Source: an uncultured Verrucomicrobiae bacterium
GTDB lineage: Bacteria > Verrucomicrobiota > Verrucomicrobiia > Chthoniobacterales > Chthoniobacteraceae
Direction of reading: 5' to 3'
Length of the DNA: 64,000 nucleotides
Assembly: GCA_963769025.1 (NCBI GenBank)
Contig: CAVYKI010000009.1
Span: 960,001-1,024,000, forward strand
Shown: positions 10,734-20,200 of the stretch, piece by piece
How positions within the stretch are numbered: position 1 is the stretch's first letter
How the letters are laid out: every line of letters starts with the position of its first letter
Translations under genes and position numbers: made by a program
Notes under the pieces: model-generated
Told to the model about the DNA's origin: nothing
Databases searched by the model: none
The model's input: only the letters and a program-made list of their open reading frames with translations

Positions 10734-12212
10734 TCACGCGAGCCACGGGCGCAACACTTTCCCCGCGACATCCGTGAGCCGGTAATCGCGGCCTTGGAAG
10801 CGGTGGGTGAGCCGCATGTGGTCGATTCCAAAAAGGTGCAGGATCGTCGCATGGAGATCGTTGATGTGGACCGGATCGCGCACGACCGACCAGCCGATCT
10901 CGTCCGTCCCGCCATAAGTCTGCCCGCCTTTGATTCCGCCGCCCGCGAGCAGCACCGTGAATGCATTCGGGTGGTGATCGCGTCCGGTGACGTTCTTGCT
11001 TCCGCCGCGATTCTCGCCAAGCGGCGTGCGTCCAAATTCGCCGCACCACACGATGAGCGTCTCATCGAGCAGCCCGCGCATTTTCAGATCCTTGATCAGT
11101 GCCGCGACCGGCTGGTCGCTCATGCCCGCGTTGAAGGCGAGTTCGTTGTCGAGGTTCGAGTGATGGTCCCACGACGCATGCACGACATTCACGAAGCGCA
11201 CGCCGCGCTCAACAAGCCGGCGCGCGAGCAGGCAATTCGTCGCAAAACTCCTGTACTGACCCGGCCCGCCGGCGCGCGTCGCCTTCACCTTCGCATCCTC
11301 ACGATTCACGCCGTACATCTCCAGCGTCTTCGGATCCTCCTTGGAAAGATCGATCAGCTCCGGCGCCGCGCTCTGCATGCGAAACGCGAGCTCATACGCT
11401 GCGGTGCGACTCTGGATCTCCGGGTCGCGCATCTGGCCGAACCGCTCCTCGTTCAACCCCGCCAGCGCATCGAGCCCCGCGCGCTGGAGCTCCGGCGGAA
11501 GACCCTCGGGGTTGCTCAGATTCAGGACCGGCGCGCCCTGATTGCGAAATTGCACGCCCGCATACACCGAGGGCAAAAATCCGCTCTGCCACAGCGACGT
11601 CCCGCCGCTCGTCCCACGCCCCGCCGACAGCACGACGTAGCCCGGCAGGTTGCGCGACTCCGAGCCGAGCCCGTAGTTCAGCCACGCTCCCATCGTCGGC
11701 AGCCCGAACGTCGCGCGCCCGCAGTGCATCACGAGCTGCGCCGGATGATGGTTGAACTGATCCGTGTGCATCGAGCGCACCATCAGCAGGTCATCCGCGC
11801 ACGTCGCGACATTCGGCAGCAGGTCGCTGAACTCCATCCCGCACTGCCCGTACTTCGCAAATTTCCGCGGCGAGCCCATCAGCCGCGCCGTCTCCTTCTT
11901 GATGAATGCGAACCGCACGTTCTTCGTCATCGATTCCGGCAACGGCTGGCCGTTCAGTTCATTAAGCTTGGGCTTCGGGTCGAAGAGATCGATCTGCGAC
12001 GGCGCGCCCTCCATGAACATGAAGATGCAATTCTTCGCCTTCGGCGCGAAATGCGGAGCCTTCGGGAAAAGCGGATCGATCCCCGCGCCGGGCGCGGCGA
12101 GCAGCCCGTCCTGCTGCAACATGGACGCCATCGCCAGCCATCCCAGCCCGCTCGCAGCCGTGGTGAAAAATTCGCGGCGGCTGAGATGAACGGCGCGGTC
12201 GATTGGATTCAT
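10734..12212 (-). CDS. DUF1501 family protein, Tat signal
   Basis: SRREFF leader, GAPSQIDLFDPKP, LLARRLVERGVRFV, WDHH, GEFGRTP, GRDHHP. Confidence 0.92.
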   Translation of the reverse strand: MNPIDRAVHLSRREFFTTAASGLGWLAMASMLQQDGLLAAPGAGIDPLFPKAPHFAPKAKNCIFMFMEGAPSQIDLFDPKPKLNELNGQPLPESMTKNVRFAFIKKETARLMGSPRKFAKYGQCGMEFSDLLPNVATCADDLLMVRSMHTDQFNHHPAQLVMHCGRATFGLPTMGAWLNYGLGSESRNLPGYVVLSAGRGTSGGTSLWQSGFLPSVYAGVQFRNQGAPVLNLSNPEGLPPELQRAGLDALAGLNEERFGQMRDPEIQSRTAAYELAFRMQSAAPELIDLSKEDPKTLEMYGVNREDAKVKATRAGGPGQYRSFATNCLLARRLVERGVRFVNVVHASWDHHSNLDNELAFNAGMSDQPVAALIKDLKMRGLLDETLIVWCGEFGRTPLGENRGGSKNVTGRDHHPNAFTVLLAGGGIKGGQTYGGTDEIGWSVVRDPVHINDLHATILHLFGIDHMRLTHRFQGRDYRLTDVAGKVLRPWLA

Positions 12213-12216
12213 GGCT

Positions 12217-15200
12217 CTAGTTTCGTGTGATGAACTCATCGGTATTCATGACTATCCGCGACGTTGCCGTCCAAGCCGCCAGCTCGACGGCGTTCGCCTC
12301 CTTGGGATTCGCAACGAGCTTCTTTGCCTCGTCCGGATGTGCCGCGTAATACGCGCGCGCCTGGCTCAGCAGCGACATCAGCCGCGAACTTTCCGGCGCC
12401 GTGGGAGGCCGCCCGAGGCACAGCCGGAACGCGCGCTCCAACCGCGGCGCATCGTTTCCGTTCGCTTCGCGAAGGACTCGCGCCGCGAGAGCCCGCGCCG
12501 CCTCCGCGAATGCCTGCGCGTTCAGCGTGGCAAGCGCCTGAAGCGGCGTGTCGGACACAGTCCGCGTGACGCATGCTGTGTTCGCATCGGGACAGTCAAA
12601 CGTCATCAGGTCCGGATGCGGCGCAGTGCGCTTGAAAAAGGTGTACATCCCGCGCCGGTACCGGTCCTCGCCGCTGCTCTCGGTCCACTTGAAATTCCCC
12701 GCGTAACTCAGCGCCGCGACATCGGCCGGCATCGGCGGAAAGACGCTCGGGCCGCCGATCTTCGCCGAGAGCAATCCGCTCGCCGCCAGATGCAGGTCGC
12801 GCACGACCTCGCCCTCGACGCGGATGCGCGCCTGCCGCGCGAGCAGCCGGTTCAGCGGATCCACGTCGCGAAGCTCGGGCCTCTGTGCCGCGCCCTGCTG
12901 GTACGTCGCGCTCGTGACAAGCAGCCGGATCATGTGCTTCCGGCTCCAACCCTTCGCGACGAATTCATCCGCGAGCCAATCGAACAGTTCCGGGTGCGAC
13001 GGCGGTTCGCCACGCACACCGAAGTCATCTTCCGTCCGCACGATTCCCGTGCCGAAAAGCTGCGCCCAGAAATGATTCACCGTCACGCGCGCCGTGAGCG
13101 GATTCTCCCGGCTCATGAGCCAGCGCGCAAAATCGAGCCGGTCGGGCATCGCGCCGCCCTTGACATCGGCATTCCGTGCGCGGAGCGGCGGCAGAATTGC
13201 CAGGCCACCCGGCTTCACGGGATCGGTCGGGGAAAGGAACTCGCCCCGGTGCAGGATGCGCGTGTCGCGCGGAGTCGCCCGCTGCGCGATCACCCGCACA
13301 TCCATGAGCGGCGGCGGCGGTCCCGACGCTGCGATCCTTTCCGCCTCCGCCGCGATCGCGCGGGTCGCGGGATCGCTCTTCACAGCCCAGTCGAGGATCT
13401 CCGCGACATTTTCATTCGTCCACTTTTCCGAACCGACGCGCAAAAGGCGCCTCACTTCCGCGGTCCCGATGCTCTCCTCCGTCTCGCCAGTGATCGCGAC
13501 GAGCCGGAAACGCCCGATGCAATGGTCGCCCTTCGGGTAAGTCTGCTGCAGCGAAATGGTCACCTCACCGGCCTTCGCACCGTCGAGCGGAAGCGCGACT
13601 TGGAATATCGCGCTGTGCTGCTTGCCGACACCGCCTCCGACAGCCCAGCCCGTCTCCGCATTTCCATCGAGCGCTCCCGCGACTTTCCAACCCGCCTGCT
13701 CGTAGTCGGCCCTCGGCGAATGCAGTTCCACCTTCGCGCCGTCTTTTGTCTGAACGCGGAACTCGCTCAGCACAAAGTTGCCCTTGTCCGCGCGCCCCGG
13801 ACCTTTCTCCGGCAGCGAATCATCCGGCAGCACTTCCAGTTCGAACGCGCTTACGTTGAGCGGCGGCAACTTTGCCGTGACCGTGTATGTATCGTGCTTC
13901 GGCTGCACGCCGGCCGCGAGCCACGATCCGTCGTCGAGCTTTGTGAAGGTGGTCTTGCCCGCCGCCTTCACGGAGGAAATCTCAAGCACGCTGCGCCCCG
14001 CCTTTTTCCCCTCGGCAGCGCCGAGCTTTTCCAACTTCGCGTGCATCTCCCTTTCCCATGCAGGCAGACGTTCCTTCAGCGACTCGCGCGCGGCTGCCAC
14101 TTTCGCCTCTGCCTCGCGGAGTTTGGCAAGATGCGCGGCGTTTGCCTTCGCGTATTCCGCGAGTGCGGCGGCGGACTTGCCGACCTTCGCCGTGGCCTCG
14201 TCGCCGTTGTTGAAAAACGCGAAGAGCTGGTAGTACTCCCGCTGCGAAATCTGGTCGTACTTGTGCGTGTGGCAGCGCGCGCAGCCGACCGTGAGCCCGA
14301 GCCACACCGCGCCCGTCGTCTCCGTGCGATCGAACACGGCCTCGTTGCGGAACTGCTCCTGGTCCACGCCGCCCTCGGTGTTCGTGAGCGTCTGCCGGTG
14401 GAACGCGGTCGCGAGCTTCTGCTCCGGCGTCGCATTTGGCAACAGGTCGCCCGCGAGCTGCTCGATGGTGAACTGGTCGAACGGCATGTCCGCATTCACC
14501 GCCGCGATCACCCAGTCGCGATAACGCCACGCATCCGGACGCGGCCTGTCCTTCTCGTAGCCATCGCTGTCCGCATAGCGCGCCTTGTCGAGCCAATGCC
14601 GTCCCCATCGCTCGCCAAACCGCGGCGACGCGAGCAGCCGCTCCGCCAGCGCCTCCACCGCCTTCTGCCGATCCTTCGCCGCAGCCTTCGCAAAATCATC
14701 CGCCTCCTCCGGCGTCGGCGGCAGTCCTGTCAGATCGAGGAAAAGCCGCCGGCAAAGCGTATGCGCATCCGCCGCTGGCGAGGGCTTGATGCCTTCCCTC
14801 TCCAGTCGCGCGAGGATGAAGCGATCCACGTCATTTCGCGGCCACGCCGCGTCCTTCACCTGCGGCGGCTGCGGACGGTGCACCGGCAGATACGCCCAGT
14901 GCTGCGTCCACTCCGCGCCCGATGCGATCCACTTCTTCAAAATCTCCACCTGCTGCGGAGTCGGGCGTTTCGCCATGTTTTTTGGCGGCATGACGTCATC
15001 CGGATCGTTGGTCGTGATGCGCGCGATTGCCTCGCTCCTTTCCGGATGCCCCGCGACGAACGCCGCCGCCCCGCTGTCGAGGAGCTTCAGCGCACCCTCG
15101 CGTGTCGTGAGATTCAGCCCGCCCTTCTGCTTGTCCGGCCCGTGACACTCATAGCAGTGCTCCGCAAAAAGCGGCTGGATGTCGCGCTGAAAGTCCACCT

Positions 15201-15258
15201 CCGCGGCAAAGGCAGCGAGTGGTAGAACAAGGGACGAAAGTGCGGCAGTTCGCAGCAT
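12217..15258 (-). CDS. Planctomycete cytochrome c (PSCyt1) + DUF1549 + DUF1553 protein
   Basis: [74 protein letters not shown]. Confidence 0.92.
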   Translation of the reverse strand: MLRTAALSSLVLPLAAFAAEVDFQRDIQPLFAEHCYECHGPDKQKGGLNLTTREGALKLLDSGAAAFVAGHPERSEAIARITTNDPDDVMPPKNMAKRPTPQQVEILKKWIASGAEWTQHWAYLPVHRPQPPQVKDAAWPRNDVDRFILARLEREGIKPSPAADAHTLCRRLFLDLTGLPPTPEEADDFAKAAAKDRQKAVEALAERLLASPRFGERWGRHWLDKARYADSDGYEKDRPRPDAWRYRDWVIAAVNADMPFDQFTIEQLAGDLLPNATPEQKLATAFHRQTLTNTEGGVDQEQFRNEAVFDRTETTGAVWLGLTVGCARCHTHKYDQISQREYYQLFAFFNNGDEATAKVGKSAAALAEYAKANAAHLAKLREAEAKVAAARESLKERLPAWEREMHAKLEKLGAAEGKKAGRSVLEISSVKAAGKTTFTKLDDGSWLAAGVQPKHDTYTVTAKLPPLNVSAFELEVLPDDSLPEKGPGRADKGNFVLSEFRVQTKDGAKVELHSPRADYEQAGWKVAGALDGNAETGWAVGGGVGKQHSAIFQVALPLDGAKAGEVTISLQQTYPKGDHCIGRFRLVAITGETEESIGTAEVRRLLRVGSEKWTNENVAEILDWAVKSDPATRAIAAEAERIAASGPPPPLMDVRVIAQRATPRDTRILHRGEFLSPTDPVKPGGLAILPPLRARNADVKGGAMPDRLDFARWLMSRENPLTARVTVNHFWAQLFGTGIVRTEDDFGVRGEPPSHPELFDWLADEFVAKGWSRKHMIRLLVTSATYQQGAAQRPELRDVDPLNRLLARQARIRVEGEVVRDLHLAASGLLSAKIGGPSVFPPMPADVAALSYAGNFKWTESSGEDRYRRGMYTFFKRTAPHPDLMTFDCPDANTACVTRTVSDTPLQALATLNAQAFAEAARALAARVLREANGNDAPRLERAFRLCLGRPPTAPESSRLMSLLSQARAYYAAHPDEAKKLVANPKEANAVELAAWTATSRIVMNTDEFITRN

Positions 15259-15355
15259 GCGTGAAGGGTATCACCACCACGCGTCCGTGTTAGCGGAAAA
15301 AAGCACCTCGACTGGCGGGAGGATCACGCCGACCCCAGTCCCTCGGCGGAAACTG

Positions 15356-16093
15356 CTACCGTGGTCGCACGATCATCTCCTCGATGATCACATGCGGCGG
15401 CATGTTGATCGAAAACACGATGCAATCCGCGACATCTTCGGGACGCATCATCTTCGCAAGCGCGTCCGCATCCGGCACGACCGGACGTTTCTTCAGCAGC
15501 GGCGTGTCGATGTCTCCGGGGAAAATCCCGATTGCGCGCACACCGCGCCCGCGCTCCTCGGCGTTGATGCTCTGTGTCAGCCCCGCGAGGCCAAACTTCG
15601 ACATCACGTATGCCGGCCCGGCCTTCGGCGACGCCGCCTTTCCCGCATCGGAAATCACATTCACGATCGTCCCGCTCCCACGCGCACGCATCCCAGGCAA
15701 GAACGCCTGCACGCAATAGTACGCACCGTTGAGATTCGTGTTCATCATGTCGTGAAAATCGGCGGACGACAGCACCTCCAGCGCACGCTTCGGCGCATTC
15801 GTCCCCGCCGCGTTCACGAGCACCTCGACCTCGCCAAACTCCGCGAGCACGCGCTTCCCCATCGCCGCCACCGCCGCCTCATCGCCGATGTCGCACGGGC
15901 ACACGAGCACCTTGCCACCATGCTCGCCCGCGATGCCCGCCGTCTCCAGCAGCGCATTTTCACGCCGCCCGAGGATCGCCACATTCCAGCCTGCGCCAGC
16001 AAGCGCGACTGCCGTTGCACGACCCACGCCGCTGCCGGCGCCGGTGATGACTGCTGTTTTCATAGATGCTTCGTTCAATGCCTTCACGCTCAC
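15356..16093 (-). CDS. SDR family oxidoreductase
   Basis: TGAGSGVG, NAAG, YVMSK (YxxxK). An alternative start at 16063 is possible. Confidence 0.9.
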   Translation of the reverse strand: MSVKALNEASMKTAVITGAGSGVGRATAVALAGAGWNVAILGRRENALLETAGIAGEHGGKVLVCPCDIGDEAAVAAMGKRVLAEFGEVEVLVNAAGTNAPKRALEVLSSADFHDMMNTNLNGAYYCVQAFLPGMRARGSGTIVNVISDAGKAASPKAGPAYVMSKFGLAGLTQSINAEERGRGVRAIGIFPGDIDTPLLKKRPVVPDADALAKMMRPEDVADCIVFSINMPPHVIIEEMIVRPR

Positions 16094-17166
16094 GCAACGT
16101 CAATCCACGCTCCGCGCTCCGCCGATTCCAGCGCAGCATCCATCACCCGGACGACATCCGCGCCCTCGTGGAAGCTCGGCACGCACGGGCGCTGATTCCG
16201 GATCGCCTCCACAAATTCAAACGCCTGATCGTAGCGGAACGTCACGAGCGGATCGCCCGTGCCGGGATCGCGCGGCGAGCCGGGCCACGTCCAGAACTCG
16301 CGCGGCACGGGCAGCGGCGCGAGCCCGGGACCGCCGACTTTGCCGAAGATGAGCTCGTTCCATTTTCCCGTCGTGAACTCGAACGTCCCCTCGCTGCCGT
16401 TCAGCTCCACGTAATCGAGCGAGCGCCACGACTCGTTCCGGCCACTCGCGAGCTTCGAGCTTTCCAGCACGCCAGTTGCGCCATTTTGAAAATCCGCAAG
16501 GATCGCCACCCAGTCCTCGGTGTCGTTCGGCAGTCCCCCGCGCATCGGCGTGAGGGTTTTCACATTCGCCACGAGCCGCTTCATCGGCCCGACGAGATAC
16601 TGCGCGAAATTGATCCGGTGGCTGAGCATGTCGCCGAGTTCGCCTGTGCCAGCGAGTTTCTTCACCATGCGCCAGCCGAGCGGGCGCGTGCCCCAGTCCT
16701 GCAGCCGGCACGAGCGGTAGTGGTACGGCTGACCGAGGTCGCCGCGCGCGATGAGATGCCCGAGGTAGCGCATCGCCGGGACGAAACGATACGTGAACGC
16801 CGTCATGTGCCGCACGCCGGCGCGGTCCGCCGCATCCGCCATGCCACGCGCCTCAGGGTAGTTCATCGCGATGGGCTTTTCGCAGAGCACATGCTTGCCC
16901 GCCGCAATGGCCGCGTGCGCGATCGGCGCATGGGTGAAATTCGGAGTGGCGATGATCACCGCATGCACGTCATCGCGCTTCACGATGTCCTCGTAATTCA
17001 GCGAGCAGGTCTGGACGCCCGTCTGCTGCCGCGCCGCCTCGAGCGTCGCGGGATTGGTGTCGCAAAGCGCCGTGACTTTCACATCGCCGCACATGGCGAG
17101 GCCGGGGAGATGGTTTTGCAAAGTGATGCCGCCGGTGCCGATGATTGCGAAATTCAGGGTGCTCAT
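16090..17166 (-). CDS. Gfo/Idh/MocA family oxidoreductase
   Basis: IIGTGGI, ATPNFTH, GKHVLCEKP, GELGDMLSH. Confidence 0.92.
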   Translation of the reverse strand: MSTLNFAIIGTGGITLQNHLPGLAMCGDVKVTALCDTNPATLEAARQQTGVQTCSLNYEDIVKRDDVHAVIIATPNFTHAPIAHAAIAAGKHVLCEKPIAMNYPEARGMADAADRAGVRHMTAFTYRFVPAMRYLGHLIARGDLGQPYHYRSCRLQDWGTRPLGWRMVKKLAGTGELGDMLSHRINFAQYLVGPMKRLVANVKTLTPMRGGLPNDTEDWVAILADFQNGATGVLESSKLASGRNESWRSLDYVELNGSEGTFEFTTGKWNELIFGKVGGPGLAPLPVPREFWTWPGSPRDPGTGDPLVTFRYDQAFEFVEAIRNQRPCVPSFHEGADVVRVMDAALESAERGAWIDVA

Positions 17167-17236
17167 GGGCTGCGCAGGACAGCCGAGGCGACGCAGCTCC
17201 GCAAGCCCGCAACTGCGCCTGCCGACCTGTCCGCAC

Positions 17237-20200
17237 TCAAGCTGTCCGCGCTTTCACATTTGCAGCTACGAGCGGACGAAGGAACGGCGCCGTCCTGCTC
17301 ACCGGATGCGCAGCGACTTCCTCCGGCGTGCCGCAGGCGACGACTTCACCGCCCGCCGCGCCCGCCTCGGGACCGATGTCCACGACGTAGTCGGCGTCGG
17401 CGATGAGCGAGAGATTGTGCTCGATGACGAGCACCGTCGCGCCGTCGTCCACGAGGCGGTGGAGCACTTTCAGCAACTCGGCCACGTCCGCCATGTGCAG
17501 GCCGATGGTCGGCTCCTCGAGCAGGTAGAGCGTGCTCTTCGGCTCGCGCTGGCGGCGCAGTCGCGAGTTCGCATCGCGCGCGACGCCCTGCACGAGTTCG
17601 GCGACGAGCTTCAGCCGCTGTGCCTCTCCGCCGCTGAGCGTGGGACTGGGCTGGCCGAGACGCAGATAGCCGAGCCCGGTGTCGCAGAGGAGCGCGAGCG
17701 GACGGTGGATTTTCGGCGCGGCTTTGAAAAATTCCGCGGCCTCCGCAAGCGACATCTCCATGACGTCGCCGATGCTCTTGTCATTGTAGAGCACCTCGAG
17801 TGTCGCCGGATTGAAGCGCTTTCCGTGGCAGTCCGTGCACGGCTGGTAGCTTGTCGGAAGGAACGCCATCTCCATGCGGATGACACCCTGCCCGCTGCAC
17901 GTCTCGCAGCGTCCGCCCTCGGTGTTGAAAGAAAAGCGCGACGCGGTGTAGCCGCGCATCCGCGAAGTCGGGAGCTGCGCGAAGAGCGCGCGGATCTCGT
18001 TGAACACGCCGAGATACGTCGCTGGCGTGGAGCGCGACGTTTTGCCGATGGGCGACTGATCCACCTCATGGACAGCCTCGATGAACTCGACGCCGCCGAG
18101 GCAGGGCGCGCCCGCCGAGCGCGCCGACACTTCCTCGCCGGGTTTCACGCCCGCCAGCTTGAGCACTTTCGGCGAGAGCGCCCTGCCCCGTTTCGCTCCC
18201 TCCTTTAGCGCAGCCTCGACCGTCGGTTTCAGCACCCCGCGCATGAGCGTGCTTTTCCCGCTGCCGCTGATGCCGGTGATCACGCTCAGCCTGCCGATGG
18301 GAAAACGGACATCCACGTTCTTCAGGTTGTTCGTCCGTCGCTCCGCGGAGTTCCAGCCATTGGCCGCCTTCGAGCGAGCGTCGCACACCGCGCGTGGGAT
18401 GCTCCAGCGGATGGCGCAAATACTTTCCCGTCGCGCTGCGCTCGCACGCCGCGATGTCGTCGAGCGAACCGATGGCGCAGACTTCGCCGCCATGAACGCC
18501 CGCGAGCGGCCCGAGGTCCACGATCGTATCCGCGCGGCGCATCGTCTCCTCGTCGTGTTCGACGACCACGAGCGAGTTTCCCTTTGCCGCGCAGTGCGAT
18601 GAGCGTGTCGAGCAGCGCATCGTTGTCGCGCGGATGCAGGCCGATGGTCGGCTCGTCGAGGACGTAGAGCACGCCGCGCAGATTGCTCCCGAGCTGCGCG
18701 GCGAGGCGGATGCGCTGGCTCTCGCCGCCGCTGAGCGTCTTCGCGCTGCGGTCGAGCGACAGGTAGTCGAGCCCGACTTTTCCCATGAAAGTGAGCCGCT
18801 GGATGATCTCCGGAACGATGTCCTGCGAGATGGGCGTTTCCTGCGCGTCGAATCGCAGCTTTCCCGCGAGCGCGAGCGCTTCGCGCACCGGCAGCGCCGC
18901 GTATTCGCCGATGGTGCGCCCTTTCAATTTCACCGCGCACGCCTGCGGATTCAGCCGCGCGCCGGAACACGCGGGACACGGCACCGCCTCGCCTTCCTCC
19001 AGCGATTCACCCTGGCGCTCGATGTCGAGTTCCTGCTCCAGCGCGGTTTCCAGCCGCGGATTCACGTAATGCTTCCACACTTCGCCGAAGCCGCGGCACT
19101 CGGCGCACCAGCCGTGCGGCGAGTTGAACGAGAACAGGCGCGGATCGAGTTCCTCAAAGGATTGTCCGCAATCCGGGCAGGCCTGCTCGGTGCTGAGAAT
19201 GGTGCCGCGGTTCTTCGCATCGAGCACGCGGATGGTGCCGCGGCCGATGCTGAGTGCGCTCTTCACCAACTCGGCGAGCCTCCGCCGCCGCGGGCCGCGC
19301 GTGTCGGCGGGCGTGCGCTCGCCGACGAGCACCTCGATGGTGTGCTCGCGGAAACGCTCGAGCTTGGTGAACTCGTCCACGCGCACGAGACGGCCGTCCA
19401 CCAGCAGCGTCTCGAAGCCCTGGCGCTTCGCCCATTTCGCGATGTCCGTGTGGAAGCCCTTCCGGGCTCGCACCAGCGTCGCGAACACGCGCACCCGTCC
19501 CTTTTTTCGCGAAGTCCTCGACACGCCGTGTGACCGCAGCCGCGGTCTGCGACTCGACAGCGCAACCGCAATCCGGGCAATGCTGCACGCCGAGCTTTGA
19601 AAAGAGCAGCCGCAGGAAATGATAGACCTCGGTGACAGTCGCCACGGTGGATTTTCCGCCGCCGCGCGTGACGCGCTGCTCGATGGCCACGCTCGGCGGA
19701 AGGCCCGTGATGCGATCGACGTCGGGCTTTTCGAGTTGCTCGACGAACTGCCGCGCGTACGGCGACATCACGTCGAGGAAGCGGCGCTGCCCCTCGGCGA
19801 AGAGAAGGTCGAACGCGAGCGTGCTCTTCCCCGAGCCGCTGAGGCCGGTGATGACGACCAACTGATCGCGCGGGATGGAGAGCGAGATGTTCTTCAGGTT
19901 GTGCTCCCGCGCACCGTGGATGCCGATTGCACGCGAAGCGGCAGCGCGCGACGGCTCCTCGGCGACCACGGCTGTTTGGTAGGGCGCGCTCGCCGAGCGC
20001 GCCCACTCTTCCGCACCGGCTGATCTGGGCGCTTTCGGCGAAAGCGCCCTACCGAGGTATCGCCCGGTGTGCGACTCCTCGACTTGCGCGACTTCCTCCG
20101 GCGTGCCCTTCGCGACGAGAAGGCCTCCGCCGGTTCCTGCCTCCGGGCCGAGATCCAGGACGTAGTCGGCGCACTTGATGACTTCGAGATTGTGCTCGAT

